Shown here: positions 1 through 9,507 of the stretch, in pieces
How the letters are laid out: each line of letters starts with the position of its first letter
Numbering within the stretch: position 1 is the stretch's first letter
Source: a virus
Taxonomy: Duplodnaviria > Caudoviricetes
Virus record (IMG/VR): IMGVR_UViG_3300010396_000071
Location: 1 to 39,108 of that record
Strand: one strand, 5' to 3'
Length of the DNA stretch: 39,108 nucleotides
Made by a program: the position numbers and the translations under genes
Notes under the pieces: generated by a model
Told to the model about the DNA's origin: nothing
Seen by the model: only the letters and a program-made list of their open reading frames with translations
The model's database searches: none

Positions 1-588
1 AGTGGAGATGAACTCCACCTGCGGATTATGACAGATACGTTCCACTGCATCGACATCTGGGTCGCCTATGATAAGCATCTCAGCGACGCCAACAGCGTAC
101 TCTTCATTTGCAGTGGGTAGGTGCTGCGCGTGACGTTGTGATATTGGCATACCACGGTGAACGGTGGGTGGGTAGTTTTGTGATCCGGGATTCCACCACT
201 CTGTGTTACTCGAAAACGTCTTATGAAGTCGCTCACACCGATCAATGATCGCGCTAAGCTGACGATCCATGGTAGGAAATCCATCATCATTAACGGTAAT
301 GACCCAGTCAGGTTTGAGAGTGATTGCCTCGAGAAGAGCGATGTTTCGCCGTTGGATGGAGTTCCAACCGATAACCTCTGAGCTCGCCCATTTTCGCTGG
401 CCGTCGGGCGAGAGGTACTCTGCGCAGACGCCGTACGAGTTGCGCAATCCGGTAATGAGGTCACCTAGTTGCACGTGTGGAGTCTTGAGGTCACCGGCGA
501 TGATGATGACGTCATCCTCGGTGAGACACCCAGCCCACTCGGTAAGGTTGTGCGGTACGTTAATCGTTGTCGTGATAAGCGCCTTCAT
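1..588 (-). CDS. STELLO/RGP (GT75, DUF288)-like glycosyltransferase or NDP-sugar mutase, 3' end beyond window
   Basis: Not in the ORF track (no stop inside window). Manual translation from ATG 588 (AAGGA RBS upstream): MKALITTTINVP...IIIAGDLKTP...WNSIQRRNIALLEA...TVNDDG...WWNP...VHRGMP...GDPDVDAVER. The motif order matches STELLO/RGP proteins (TTIN, GDxKTP, RxN, DD, NP, RG.P, PDVDA). Confidence 0.75.
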   Translation of the reverse strand, partial: MKALITTTINVPHNLTEWAGCLTEDDVIIIAGDLKTPHVQLGDLITGLRNSYGVCAEYLSPDGQRKWASSEVIGWNSIQRRNIALLEAITLKPDWVITVNDDGFPTMDRQLSAIIDRCERLHKTFSSNTEWWNPGSQNYPPTVHRGMPISQRHAQHLPTANEEYAVGVAEMLIIGDPDVDAVERICHNPQVEFIST

Positions 589-610
589 TCACTCATCCTT
601 CGTCATAGGG

Positions 611-669
611 GAGGGACGATCGAGCCTCCACTGAGCACCGTGAACCGGTAACCTCGCCGATCGTCCCTC
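611..669 (-). other. Intergenic stem-loop (12-bp perfect inverted repeat)
   Basis: GAGGGACGATCG (611-622) and CGATCGTCCCTC (658-669); no U-tract. Confidence 0.6.
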
Positions 670-683
670 GAAACCTAACTCTA

Positions 684-1265
684 TCAGAACGGCAGAGGTG
701 GCGGACCACCTGTGTTCGACTGTGACGTTGGTGCGGCGGCGGTCGGTGCCGGAGTCGGGGTTGGAGCGGCCGGTGCGGGCGGCGTACCACCCGCTGGAGC
801 CGTCGCGATGGGCGGGCCGGTTACCGTACCCGGAGCCATCGGTCCACCACCGGGGAGGTCTGGCAGGATATTCTTGACTTCATTGCGATCGACTCCCTGC
901 CACGTACGGTGGCCGAGCTGCATACGACCCATGCGACCGATGAGTGCCTTCGCAGCGATCTCCAGACCGGGTAGACCAGGCGGCAGCTGTGACCAGTAAC
1001 TCGCGTCGAGACCCATCGTCGCCATGCTACGAAAGAAGATGGCGAGTGCCATCTGACTGTCTACTGTGAGCACGAAATTTTGTAGGATCTTACGTCCTGC
1101 GTGCGCGCCTTCGCGGATCTTCAACTTGGCGACGATCATAGGTGCACCGGTTGACGCCGTCGCCGACCGTGCGTCATCAACGATGAATGGATACTCACCA
1201 TCTGGTACCGGCTTGAGAGCGTCCGCCGATCCTTGGATGAGCTCGGCCCATGTAATTTCAGTCAC
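684..1265 (-). CDS. DUF669-like ssDNA-binding protein
   Basis: PVPDGEY...HAGRKI...RNEVK pattern, Pro/Ala-rich tail ending PPLPF, directly downstream of a Sak4-like ATPase. Confidence 0.75.
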   Translation of the reverse strand: MTEITWAELIQGSADALKPVPDGEYPFIVDDARSATASTGAPMIVAKLKIREGAHAGRKILQNFVLTVDSQMALAIFFRSMATMGLDASYWSQLPPGLPGLEIAAKALIGRMGRMQLGHRTWQGVDRNEVKNILPDLPGGGPMAPGTVTGPPIATAPAGGTPPAPAAPTPTPAPTAAAPTSQSNTGGPPPLPF

Positions 1266-2014
1266 GTGGTTACCTCCGTACGTTCGATCTCCGCGAAGAT
1301 CTTCTTCATCATGTCTTCGATGCTTGGGTTCGTCAGGCAGTCACCGAGAACTCCCTGTACTCGCTCACCTGTCTCAAACTGTGGATGTGAGCCGATCCAC
1401 AACCGATTCACTCGTTTCGTCTTTCCTCCGTTCTCATCTTCATCATAGTCTGGGTAGAGATAGCCGCAGATGTCTACCCAGTATGGCAGCGATACGTTGA
1501 TTTGTCCCTGCATGTATGGGCGCCACTTACCTTGTGACTCACGTGTTTCACCGATGAACACGGCGCAACGCACCGGACCGGGCATGATGGTGAGGTCGCG
1601 GTAGCCACGGATGACGGCATCCATCTTACGAAGTAGGTCATCCCAGTCAGTCCACTCCGTCTTACGATCACCTACGAGGTTCTGCTTACAGCGTCGCTGC
1701 ATCTCGGTGATAGAGTCGAGGACGACCGACTGAAAATCGTGCTGTCCTGTGACGAGCCACATGTACACCTGCTGGATCGTTTGCCAGTCGGTGACGTTTA
1801 CGATACACGCTTCCCACTTCGTGTCTTCGGTGTGACGTGGAATCGGGTCTTTCATTGGATCCCAGTGAATCTTGGGAATCTTAATGAACCGCCACGAACC
1901 TTCCGCATCAAGTACGAGAATTGGTCGTGGTGCGGTGGAAGATAGCGTTGATTTACCGATCTTCGCGGCTGCGTGAATGAGAAGTGAGAGAACCTCACCC
2001 TTGCTTGGTGTCAC
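1262..2014 (-). CDS. Sak4-like AAA_24 ATPase / ssDNA annealing protein
   Basis: Walker A variant HAAAKIGKS, VLDAEG, Walker B VVLDSITE; GTGA overlap with the next gene. Confidence 0.85.
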   Translation of the reverse strand: MTPSKGEVLSLLIHAAAKIGKSTLSSTAPRPILVLDAEGSWRFIKIPKIHWDPMKDPIPRHTEDTKWEACIVNVTDWQTIQQVYMWLVTGQHDFQSVVLDSITEMQRRCKQNLVGDRKTEWTDWDDLLRKMDAVIRGYRDLTIMPGPVRCAVFIGETRESQGKWRPYMQGQINVSLPYWVDICGYLYPDYDEDENGGKTKRVNRLWIGSHPQFETGERVQGVLGDCLTNPSIEDMMKKIFAEIERTEVTT

Positions 2015-2020
2015 TAGTCG

Positions 2021-3076
2021 CTACTCCTTCGTCATATCTCTGTGATAGTAACTAAGTGGGTCACCTTGTGCGAAGTACTCTCGAATCATATCACCAACTC
2101 TCGAGCCATCGTCGAAGAGTGGGCAGACGTTGATGAAGTCACAATCCCACGAGCAGTCACCAGTTGGGTGCGGATAAGCGAGAGTACTTGGGTGTGCCAT
2201 ACTCGCGGTAAGTGCCTGCTCGGTGATGAGCATGTCGCTGATGATACCTTGCAGCTTCAGCGTGTACGATTGAAGCTCGTGATAATTGTGACGAACCTCG
2301 GTGCGCTGATAAAACGGTGGGTTTGCCTTCGCGGTTCGCTTCACTCGACGAAGCATGTTGTAAAGCGCACCATCACAACGTTCATCCGAGTCTTCCAGCG
2401 ACAAAAACTCGATGAGATGATAGTGCAGCATCTGCGGGTCCATGTGCAGTGTACGCGTCTTACGTATGAAGTCACCGACGGTCTTATGATCAATGAAGAG
2501 CTTGACGTCGTCACTCACCCGCTGGACGCGTGCATCAAGCTTACCGATGAGATACACGGGCAATGTCTCGCCCGTGACGGGAAAGCGAACTTGAATGTAT
2601 CGCTCGCTGGCGAGAGTACGGATGTTGGCGTCGGCACCGGTCTCTTCGAGCCACTGGACGTAGCCAGAGATCATCGCGCGCTCGAGGTCGGCATCCTTGT
2701 GAAAGTCAGTCGCAACTCCCGGAGGTACCTCGCTCGTACCACCGTAGTGATCAACGAGAAGATGCCAGTCGGTAATGATCTCTTCTTCGAGCGCGTCACG
2801 TGAGTCGGTACGTTCGCTGTCTTCGGTTACGTACCACTTGGCGAGTGCGCGATGCACACGGTCACCAATGGCGCGTACACCAGTGGGTGATTCAAGCTTG
2901 GGTCGTAGACCGAGATACCATGCGAGCCACCACTTTCGCCGGCAGCGAAGAAATGTTTGCACCTCACTGTTCGAAACTAGCCGAGCCGACGCCGTAAGTG
3001 TCGCAGTAACCTGTGCACGATCATCGTAGTGAACGAAGGACGGCGGTGTCGCCCCCGTGATCTCATTAGTCATCAT
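2021..3076 (-). CDS. Cas4-like PD-(D/E)XK exonuclease
   Basis: SNSEVQTFLRCRRKW, GDRVH, GKLD, IDHKT, QMLHY, and C-terminal CSWDCDFINVC Fe-S cysteines. Confidence 0.9.
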   Translation of the reverse strand: MMTNEITGATPPSFVHYDDRAQVTATLTASARLVSNSEVQTFLRCRRKWWLAWYLGLRPKLESPTGVRAIGDRVHRALAKWYVTEDSERTDSRDALEEEIITDWHLLVDHYGGTSEVPPGVATDFHKDADLERAMISGYVQWLEETGADANIRTLASERYIQVRFPVTGETLPVYLIGKLDARVQRVSDDVKLFIDHKTVGDFIRKTRTLHMDPQMLHYHLIEFLSLEDSDERCDGALYNMLRRVKRTAKANPPFYQRTEVRHNYHELQSYTLKLQGIISDMLITEQALTASMAHPSTLAYPHPTGDCSWDCDFINVCPLFDDGSRVGDMIREYFAQGDPLSYYHRDMTKE

Positions 3077-5001
3077 CCCCCCAAGAATATTGAAAGTGCG
3101 TCGTTCACGACGTGCGCGTTGAATGCTTGTAAGTTACTTACATTCGTCATTGGCACGCCGAGGTTGCTGTTCATAATGAGTGTTTCAAAGTTATCGAGAT
3201 CGCCTGTGTTTTTACCGGCCGCGATGAGTGTCGCGCGGTCACGGTTGATTTCCTCGAGACGACGCATCTTATCAAGAAGACGATGAAGCTGTACTTCCTC
3301 AACAGTTCCTGTTGTGATGATGTCAATGATCTGTACCGACTCGTGACGTTCCGAGCCAATACGATACACTCGTTTCTCTGCCTGCGCGTTGTCGATCATG
3401 GACCACGAACGTTGAAGACGAATCATCGTGTCAGCCGCGGTCATCGTAAGTCCGGTTCCACCTGCCTTGAGCGTGAAGAGTAGCGCCTGGCTCTTACCAT
3501 CTTGGAGGTTGTCGAGAGCGGTTTTACGTTCATACTGGTCAACCTCGCCTGTGATGAGTCCGTGCTTCACACCAATCTTAGCGAGTCGCGCCGACGCGAG
3601 ATTAATGAGCTTACGCGACTCGGCGCAGACGACGAATTGACGCTTACCGAGCTCGGTAATGATTTCAACGAGTTCATCAATCTTAGGACTTGGCTCACGC
3701 AGCGTCACCATCCAGCCGGCGATGTCATTAGGATCACCATCGGGTGGGATACCTACGGTGCAATACGATGAAGCGAGCTGAAGTAGTCGAATCTGCGCGG
3801 CGAGACTATTTGGTGCGACGAGAATCGTACCGTCATCGAGACGTGTCACGAGTCGCCTGTGAACTTCATCATAAGCCTTGCGTTGCTGTGGCGTCATCTC
3901 AACGGTGCGTGTAGACCGAATGAGTGGTGGCAGCTGGTCAAGCACGAGCGTGGCGGGCATGCGACGAAACCTTGGGTCGAGAATCTTAAAGAACTCATCT
4001 CGTGTCGCTGGATTCACTCCGACGACATCAAGTCCACCGTACTCGTTCCACGCTTGGAGGCAGTAGCGATCGACGAACTTAGACTTCGTCGGATACTCCA
4101 CCTGCGAGACGAAGTGCATGATCGACCATAGATCGCTCGGATCATTAGCAACTGGTGTACCTGTGAGAGCCCATCGACGACGTACGCTGTCATTCCGTCC
4201 GAGAGCCCAACAGGCACGGGTTTGCTTTGCCTTCGGATCCTTGATTCGATGTGCCTCATCGACGATGACAGTCTGAAAAGGTATCGTGTTGAGTTCACGT
4301 TGATGCACCTCACATGAAGTCGCCTTAAGTTGCGGATCACCCCACTTCGTGTCGCACTGCTTACAGCGTCGAAGTGCAATTGACCCAAAACCGGCGAGTC
4401 GCGATAAACGCGGTGTCGACTCATAGTTTACGATGACTAATGCCTTCGAGTCTGTAGCGGCCGCGGCAAGTATCTTCTTACGCTGTACTCCGGGAATAAT
4501 GACATACGTGTTTGCTTCAGGAAACCACTTTACCGCTTCGTCAGCCCAAACGGTCTTCACAGAGTTGGGACAAATGACAAGTGCAGGAAGTACACTGTCC
4601 TGACGCTGAAGTGATGCGAGAACTTGAATTGTCTTACCGGTACCCATGTCATCACCGAGAAGTCCCGACTTTGCAATCTCTTGAAAAAGAACTCCTACCC
4701 GCTGAAATGGATAAAGTCGATCATCGTTAAGATTCTCTGTCTCAGTTAGTAAGCGAATATTCATCGACGGCTCGACACGACTTTTATACTCATTCCACGA
4801 CCACTGCGTAAGTTCAGGTCCTACGACGAGTGTATCGCGAAACACGCCACGAAGTTGACAGCACGCTGCCCAGGTAAGTGGTACCGTCCAGCGCTTATCA
4901 CTTGCGTGCCACCGCGAACCGGGAATAGACTTAATGAGTTCTTTCTCATTCCACGTTGTGTCGACGGCGATGGTGCCTTCCCAGATCTCAGCGGTAGGCA
5001 T
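3073..5001 (-). CDS. SNF2-family DNA helicase
   Basis: LYPFQ, DDMGTGKT, DEAH, LTGTP, GGTGLT, QAEKRVYRIG. Confidence 0.95.
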   Translation of the reverse strand: MPTAEIWEGTIAVDTTWNEKELIKSIPGSRWHASDKRWTVPLTWAACCQLRGVFRDTLVVGPELTQWSWNEYKSRVEPSMNIRLLTETENLNDDRLYPFQRVGVLFQEIAKSGLLGDDMGTGKTIQVLASLQRQDSVLPALVICPNSVKTVWADEAVKWFPEANTYVIIPGVQRKKILAAAATDSKALVIVNYESTPRLSRLAGFGSIALRRCKQCDTKWGDPQLKATSCEVHQRELNTIPFQTVIVDEAHRIKDPKAKQTRACWALGRNDSVRRRWALTGTPVANDPSDLWSIMHFVSQVEYPTKSKFVDRYCLQAWNEYGGLDVVGVNPATRDEFFKILDPRFRRMPATLVLDQLPPLIRSTRTVEMTPQQRKAYDEVHRRLVTRLDDGTILVAPNSLAAQIRLLQLASSYCTVGIPPDGDPNDIAGWMVTLREPSPKIDELVEIITELGKRQFVVCAESRKLINLASARLAKIGVKHGLITGEVDQYERKTALDNLQDGKSQALLFTLKAGGTGLTMTAADTMIRLQRSWSMIDNAQAEKRVYRIGSERHESVQIIDIITTGTVEEVQLHRLLDKMRRLEEINRDRATLIAAGKNTGDLDNFETLIMNSNLGVPMTNVSNLQAFNAHVVNDALSIFLGG

Positions 5002-5039
5002 AAGTATCCTTCTTCATTGGTCATTTGATCAAAATCAAA

Positions 5040-5465
5040 TTATATACGATCGAGAAGCTCTAAGTAGCGCTCTGGGTCGTGAGTCAGCAACGCGTGGCAA
5101 ATATGCCGTGCGGCGTCATTAGCGTGACCGTCCTTTGTACGTGTGTACCAACCAAGCTTACGAAGTGTCGCGTCGGTAACCTTCTTAGCACTTGCTCTAT
5201 CTTGTAACGCAAATGTTACCTTGCATCGTGTGGTGATGTACCGAAGAGCACCGAGTGTGTACATAGCTTCAAGCTGCTGCGTCAACACTTTCTTAGCGCT
5301 TGGGTCATAACGTTCGCCTACGACGAGATCTATTGCGTTTAACTTACTGTGACGCTCGACCATTTCGATGGCTTGAAACGGTGACATCTCAAGTGAGTCA
5401 AACGCGCCGTCGATCCAGAACCCAACACCACACCACTCACCTGGGTCAACCGAGATGATTCTCAT
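5040..5465 (-). CDS. RuvC-like Holliday junction resolvase
   Basis: ISVDPG, VVGE, HANDAARH. Confidence 0.8.
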   Translation of the reverse strand: MRIISVDPGEWCGVGFWIDGAFDSLEMSPFQAIEMVERHSKLNAIDLVVGERYDPSAKKVLTQQLEAMYTLGALRYITTRCKVTFALQDRASAKKVTDATLRKLGWYTRTKDGHANDAARHICHALLTHDPERYLELLDRI

Positions 5466-7249
5466 GCGTCATACGCTCGCTTCTGCCCCCAGCTCTCACC
5501 AACGGAGACACTCGCTGTGATCGGTACCGAGAGAAGTTTCTCGTCATTCATTACCTGCTGGAGTGCGTGTGCCGCGTCATGGATGTGCTCGGCAGGTACG
5601 TCGAGGATAACCTCATCGTGAACGGGTAAACACATCCACTCACCAAGTCCAGCGGCGTCGAGCTCGAGAAGCTTCATCTTGAACATCTCGGCGGCGAGAC
5701 CCTGGATCAGGTAGTTGACGAGTGCGTACTCCTTGCCATCATCAGATGGATGACGCCGACGGGTGAGAGGGCTACGAACATATCCCACACCCTCGCTGGA
5801 CTTACGATCAAGTGCTGTCCGCTGGACGAGGTTCTGAAAGCTGCGTACCATTGGGAACGATGCATCAAAAGCATGCATCGCCGCGGCTGCTTGCTCTTCC
5901 GACACGCCAGCAGTAAGCGCCAACTTAGCGATCCCGGCGCCGTAAATCTTACCGTAACCGACGTTCTTAGTGATTTGGCGACGAGCATCTTTCTTCTCGA
6001 TCGTATCGTCCCGAAAGACCTGACGTGCCAGATTAACGAAGAAGTCACCAGCTGAGAGAAATGCATCTTTCATGCCCTTGTCTTGGCACAGGTGAGCGAG
6101 ACCACGCATTTCGATCTGGTCGAAGTCGCAAAACATCATAAGCCCGCCAGACTCGCGGTAGCGGGTTGTGAACCCAGTTCGTACGGTCGTAGCCGCAGGC
6201 TTAGCCTCTGAGATGCGAGGAAGGTTTTGAAGGTTTGGATCTGACATCGACATGCGGCTCGTACGTGCACCGAGCGGGTTGATGGACGGATGAAGAAGAT
6301 CATCTGCGTCATGCTGTGTGAACATATGGAGTAGGTATGTTGATGCGATCTTCTGTAGTTGACGCCGTTGGAGTACCGCCTCAGCGAGTGGGTGCTGAAT
6401 CGACTCAAGAACATCTGAGTCCAGCGAGAGCGCGCCACCCTTCGTACGTTTCGTGAACTCAACACCGTCCCGCTTGAGAACCTCGATGACAGCTTGGTTT
6501 GAACCTGGACTCACGTTGTATGTGTTCTTACACCAAGCTTCAACCTTGTCGCAGTAGTGTGTGAACTGCTCAAACTTTGTTCGTGCAAAGTTCGCATCGA
6601 CGTGAACACCGTTGCGTTGCATACGCTGGATGATCCACTGCACCGCGCGTTCGAGTTCATACGCAACCATCACGTCATCACTGACGAGACGTGGCCACGC
6701 TTCCTGCTTAAGACGTTTCGTAAGCACTGGATCGAGTGCGGCGTATTGCCAGTAGGCACCGAATGTCACGGGAACTGACGCCCACGTCCAGCCGCCACGT
6801 GAACCGATCGCGGTGTCCAGTGCCTGCTGCATGCCGGCCGCTCGTGCATCGATGTATCGTGCGGAGAGGTTCTTCAGCGCGGTGGAGTACGTCGGTTCGA
6901 GGATGTGAAACATCGGGCGGGTGTCGTGAATCTTATTACGTGGTATGACGACACCCTCACGGTCGAGGAAGTCGGTGTCGAAGATCGCGTTGTGGAAGTC
7001 GTAGTCACCACCCCACTTACGCACGAGTTCCTCGAAGACACCACCCCATCGTTCCCACGGTATCGACCACCCGGTCATCTCGTCACCGACCTGCACCATG
7101 CGCAGCTTATCGGTGCGAGTGTTGAGACCGGTCGTCTCCGTGTCACAGCCGATACTGTCCTCGTGACCACGCTCACCGAGCCATGTCATAAGTTCAGAGG
7201 CCTCGGCGACCGAGTCAATGAGATGTAGGTTGACGCCTTCGAGAGTCAC
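5462..7249 (-). CDS. polA: DNA polymerase family A with 3'-5' exonuclease
   Basis: Exo motifs DTETTG / HNAIFD / YAALD; PNLQN; motif A DFDQIEMR; motif B RQITKNVGYGKIYG; motif C VHDE. Likely start GTG 7249 (TAGTG overlap, GGAG RBS); the ORF is open to 7285. Confidence 0.95.
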   Translation of the reverse strand: MTLEGVNLHLIDSVAEASELMTWLGERGHEDSIGCDTETTGLNTRTDKLRMVQVGDEMTGWSIPWERWGGVFEELVRKWGGDYDFHNAIFDTDFLDREGVVIPRNKIHDTRPMFHILEPTYSTALKNLSARYIDARAAGMQQALDTAIGSRGGWTWASVPVTFGAYWQYAALDPVLTKRLKQEAWPRLVSDDVMVAYELERAVQWIIQRMQRNGVHVDANFARTKFEQFTHYCDKVEAWCKNTYNVSPGSNQAVIEVLKRDGVEFTKRTKGGALSLDSDVLESIQHPLAEAVLQRRQLQKIASTYLLHMFTQHDADDLLHPSINPLGARTSRMSMSDPNLQNLPRISEAKPAATTVRTGFTTRYRESGGLMMFCDFDQIEMRGLAHLCQDKGMKDAFLSAGDFFVNLARQVFRDDTIEKKDARRQITKNVGYGKIYGAGIAKLALTAGVSEEQAAAAMHAFDASFPMVRSFQNLVQRTALDRKSSEGVGYVRSPLTRRRHPSDDGKEYALVNYLIQGLAAEMFKMKLLELDAAGLGEWMCLPVHDEVILDVPAEHIHDAAHALQQVMNDEKLLSVPITASVSVGESWGQKRAYDA

Positions 7250-7605
7250 TAACGCTCCCAACGTGGAGGTCGTTCGATTGGACACACAGCGCAGAGTGTC
7301 GACTCAGGTTCATCGAGAAGTCGAAACATACGTGATGTCGCGCCGCAACGCCATCGCACGATGGCACCGCGGTAGCTGCCGTGGCGCCATAGTAGGTAAA
7401 CTTCGTCAACGATGTGAGTGAGGTAACCACGTCCACTTGTTGTGCGACCGTACGGTAGGTTATGCTCTCCTAACGTGATGAGAAACTGTTCGTAGCGCAT
7501 CGGAAACGTTCGCCGTGGTTCACCGATACGTCGTCGCTTACGTGATGCAAATGACGCAGCCCAATGCATCTGGGTCGACCATGACATCGGTATGCGATGC
7601 GTCAC
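7249..7605 (-). CDS. Hypothetical protein (C-terminal Cys/His motif)
   Basis: GTGA coupling to the deaminase stop and TAGTG coupling to the polymerase; H...WRCG...LCAVC. Confidence 0.65.
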   Translation of the reverse strand: MTHRIPMSWSTQMHWAASFASRKRRRIGEPRRTFPMRYEQFLITLGEHNLPYGRTTSGRGYLTHIVDEVYLLWRHGSYRGAIVRWRCGATSRMFRLLDEPESTLCAVCPIERPPRWER

Positions 7606-8225
7606 GTAAGATCTACCTTTAATCCACACTGCTCGAGAAATTCGTATGATTTGTCGGAGTTACGATGCGCAAACTCAGCCTTGACGAGTACGACGACACG
7701 CTTAAGTCCTGAATTTGCGGTGAGTTTTGCACAGTTCCAGCAGATGTTGCTCGTGATGTAGATCGTACCACCCTCGCGGACCGAGCGTTCACACACAGAG
7801 AGTGCGTTGGCCTCGGCGTGAAGTGCGGGACAATCGGAGTAGTCTTTTTCAAGTTGCGCGTATTCCGGTGTGAAACCCATTTGCCGTGCAACTTCATCGG
7901 TGAGTTCGATTGGATGACTGCGTGACTGTGGATGCACGAGCCACGTCTTACCGTCACGAAACTCGATTTCATACGAGTGATCATTTCTCGGCATTACCCA
8001 ACCGAGCCGACGTTTCGCCTGTCCGCGAAGACACCAGTCACTGCACGGTTGCTCATTGTGACAGAATCCAGCGGGTGGTCCGTTATATCCCGTCGCCACG
8101 ATGCGCTGCTGCGGTGAGACGATGACGGCACCGACCTGGTCACGTACACAGAGTGAACGCTTAGCGACGGCACCCGCGACGGCGAGCCACGTCTCATCCC
8201 AACTTGGGCGGGTGAAGCTGGTCAC
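7602..8225 (-). CDS. dCMP deaminase
   Basis: RPSWDE, RSLC..QVGAVIV, TGYNG.P, HAEANA, CWNC; GAGAGG RBS before GTG 8225; about 50-aa insertion. Confidence 0.92.
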   Translation of the reverse strand: MTSFTRPSWDETWLAVAGAVAKRSLCVRDQVGAVIVSPQQRIVATGYNGPPAGFCHNEQPCSDWCLRGQAKRRLGWVMPRNDHSYEIEFRDGKTWLVHPQSRSHPIELTDEVARQMGFTPEYAQLEKDYSDCPALHAEANALSVCERSVREGGTIYITSNICWNCAKLTANSGLKRVVVLVKAEFAHRNSDKSYEFLEQCGLKVDLT

Positions 8226-9045
8226 GGTACCACCTCTCACTCTGGGTTAGCGTCTTGATATCTGCCGTGTCGTCTAAGACGTGACGCGCAGTCTGTGAGA
8301 TAGGTGCGAATGACTGGCCGAGGCTACCGAAACCTCGTGGCTGGAAGATGTCATCATAATCTTGCTTAGGAGGTTCGGTATCCATGTTGATGAACATCGT
8401 CGCTTTTGGGATGTCTCGCTCGTAGAGGTGGAGTGACCAGACGGTGTGGTAGTAGTAGCCGACGTCGCACGCGAGAGCGTTAGCGAGTGACAGCTGGAGC
8501 TGCGTGAACTGGAAGAGGTCGTACGGTAGACCGAGCCACACGTCATTCGATCGCATGAGTGTGTTCATCTCGAGCTTACCGAGACGTATGAAGAAGTTGA
8601 GTGCGACGGTGCACGGGTAGTCTCGCGCACCGTCGAGGTTGTCAAGCCACGGGTCCCAGAGTGTCACAACGGCCTGACGAGTATCGGGATCTGCACGCAG
8701 CTTACGCTCGACGCAGAGCATCTGGCCACCAATGCGTGCACCGTACGCACCGTGGAAGTGCCCGTTCTTTTCGACGTACTTCTCAAATTGAGGTGCGACG
8801 CGAAGCACGGTCTTTGGGCGAGACACGGCGCCGACGAGCTGCGCGGCCTCCACCGCGCCGATCGCCGGGTTGAGGTTGCGACCGATACCGAGCGGCATCG
8901 CCTTGCGTGGGTTAAAGAGCGTGATCACTGTCGCACCAAGGTCACGAGTCAGCAAACCACGAGGTGACCTACGTGTCGACTCGTTCAACACACGGCGAAC
9001 GACGCTGACGTAATCACGTGCGTCTTCCATGTAGAGATTACGCAT
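8194..9045 (-). CDS. Thymidylate synthase homolog, probably dCMP-specific (methyl/hydroxymethyl/hydroxylase)
   Basis: GAYG.R, DTRQAV, catalytic DYPCT, MRSNDVWLGLPYD (Asp at the E. coli ThyA N177 position), SLHLY; TAATG coupling at 9045. Confidence 0.85.
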   Translation of the reverse strand: MRNLYMEDARDYVSVVRRVLNESTRRSPRGLLTRDLGATVITLFNPRKAMPLGIGRNLNPAIGAVEAAQLVGAVSRPKTVLRVAPQFEKYVEKNGHFHGAYGARIGGQMLCVERKLRADPDTRQAVVTLWDPWLDNLDGARDYPCTVALNFFIRLGKLEMNTLMRSNDVWLGLPYDLFQFTQLQLSLANALACDVGYYYHTVWSLHLYERDIPKATMFINMDTEPPKQDYDDIFQPRGFGSLGQSFAPISQTARHVLDDTADIKTLTQSERWYRDQLHPPKLG

Positions 9046-9494
9046 TACAGCACCTTCTCGAGTTTCGACACACGCCACACCGATGCGTCACCGGCCGCGA
9101 GCCACGCAACGAAGTGCTCCCACGTCCACCCCATGCGACGTGCGTCGATCTCAGACATCTTCTGATTCAGTATCGTACGCTGAACTTTTCCAGTTAGGTA
9201 AAACCGATTCGCAACTTTGATAGCTACGTAAGTGTATGAACCTTGGGTGATACTTTTACTAGATGGTGGATATGTCATCATGATTTTCAAGATATCGCCG
9301 TTACGGAACGGATCATCTCCGTACGAGACGCGTGAACTAATGCGACGATCGAGTTCGTCAAGCTCTCGCTGCTTAGCTTCACGCTCACGCTCGAGTTCTG
9401 CCATTGTCTTCACTTCTCTTCTCCTTCGTCGTTTGCGATGACTACGATCGATACTATCACAAGTAAGATCATGCTCATGATGCTGCAGAGACAC
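9045..9494 (-). CDS. Hypothetical protein (start may be ATG 9404)
   Basis: Fills the operon gap and is coupled to the TS gene; N-terminal coiled coil, YTYVAIK...WTWEHF. Confidence 0.7.
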   Translation of the reverse strand: MSLQHHEHDLTCDSIDRSHRKRRRRREVKTMAELEREREAKQRELDELDRRISSRVSYGDDPFRNGDILKIMMTYPPSSKSITQGSYTYVAIKVANRFYLTGKVQRTILNQKMSEIDARRMGWTWEHFVAWLAAGDASVWRVSKLEKVL

Positions 9495-9507
9495 GCATCA
9501 GGCCAGC

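Noticed and set aside
66-464. 132-aa minus-strand ORF from the track
   Set aside because: Alternative frame overlapping the motif-bearing 588-to-1 frame, which has an RBS.
2021-3076. Cas4-like gene as a sign of a CRISPR-Cas system
   Set aside because: Solo phage exonuclease in a Sak4/SSB recombination module; no repeat-spacer array or other cas genes seen.
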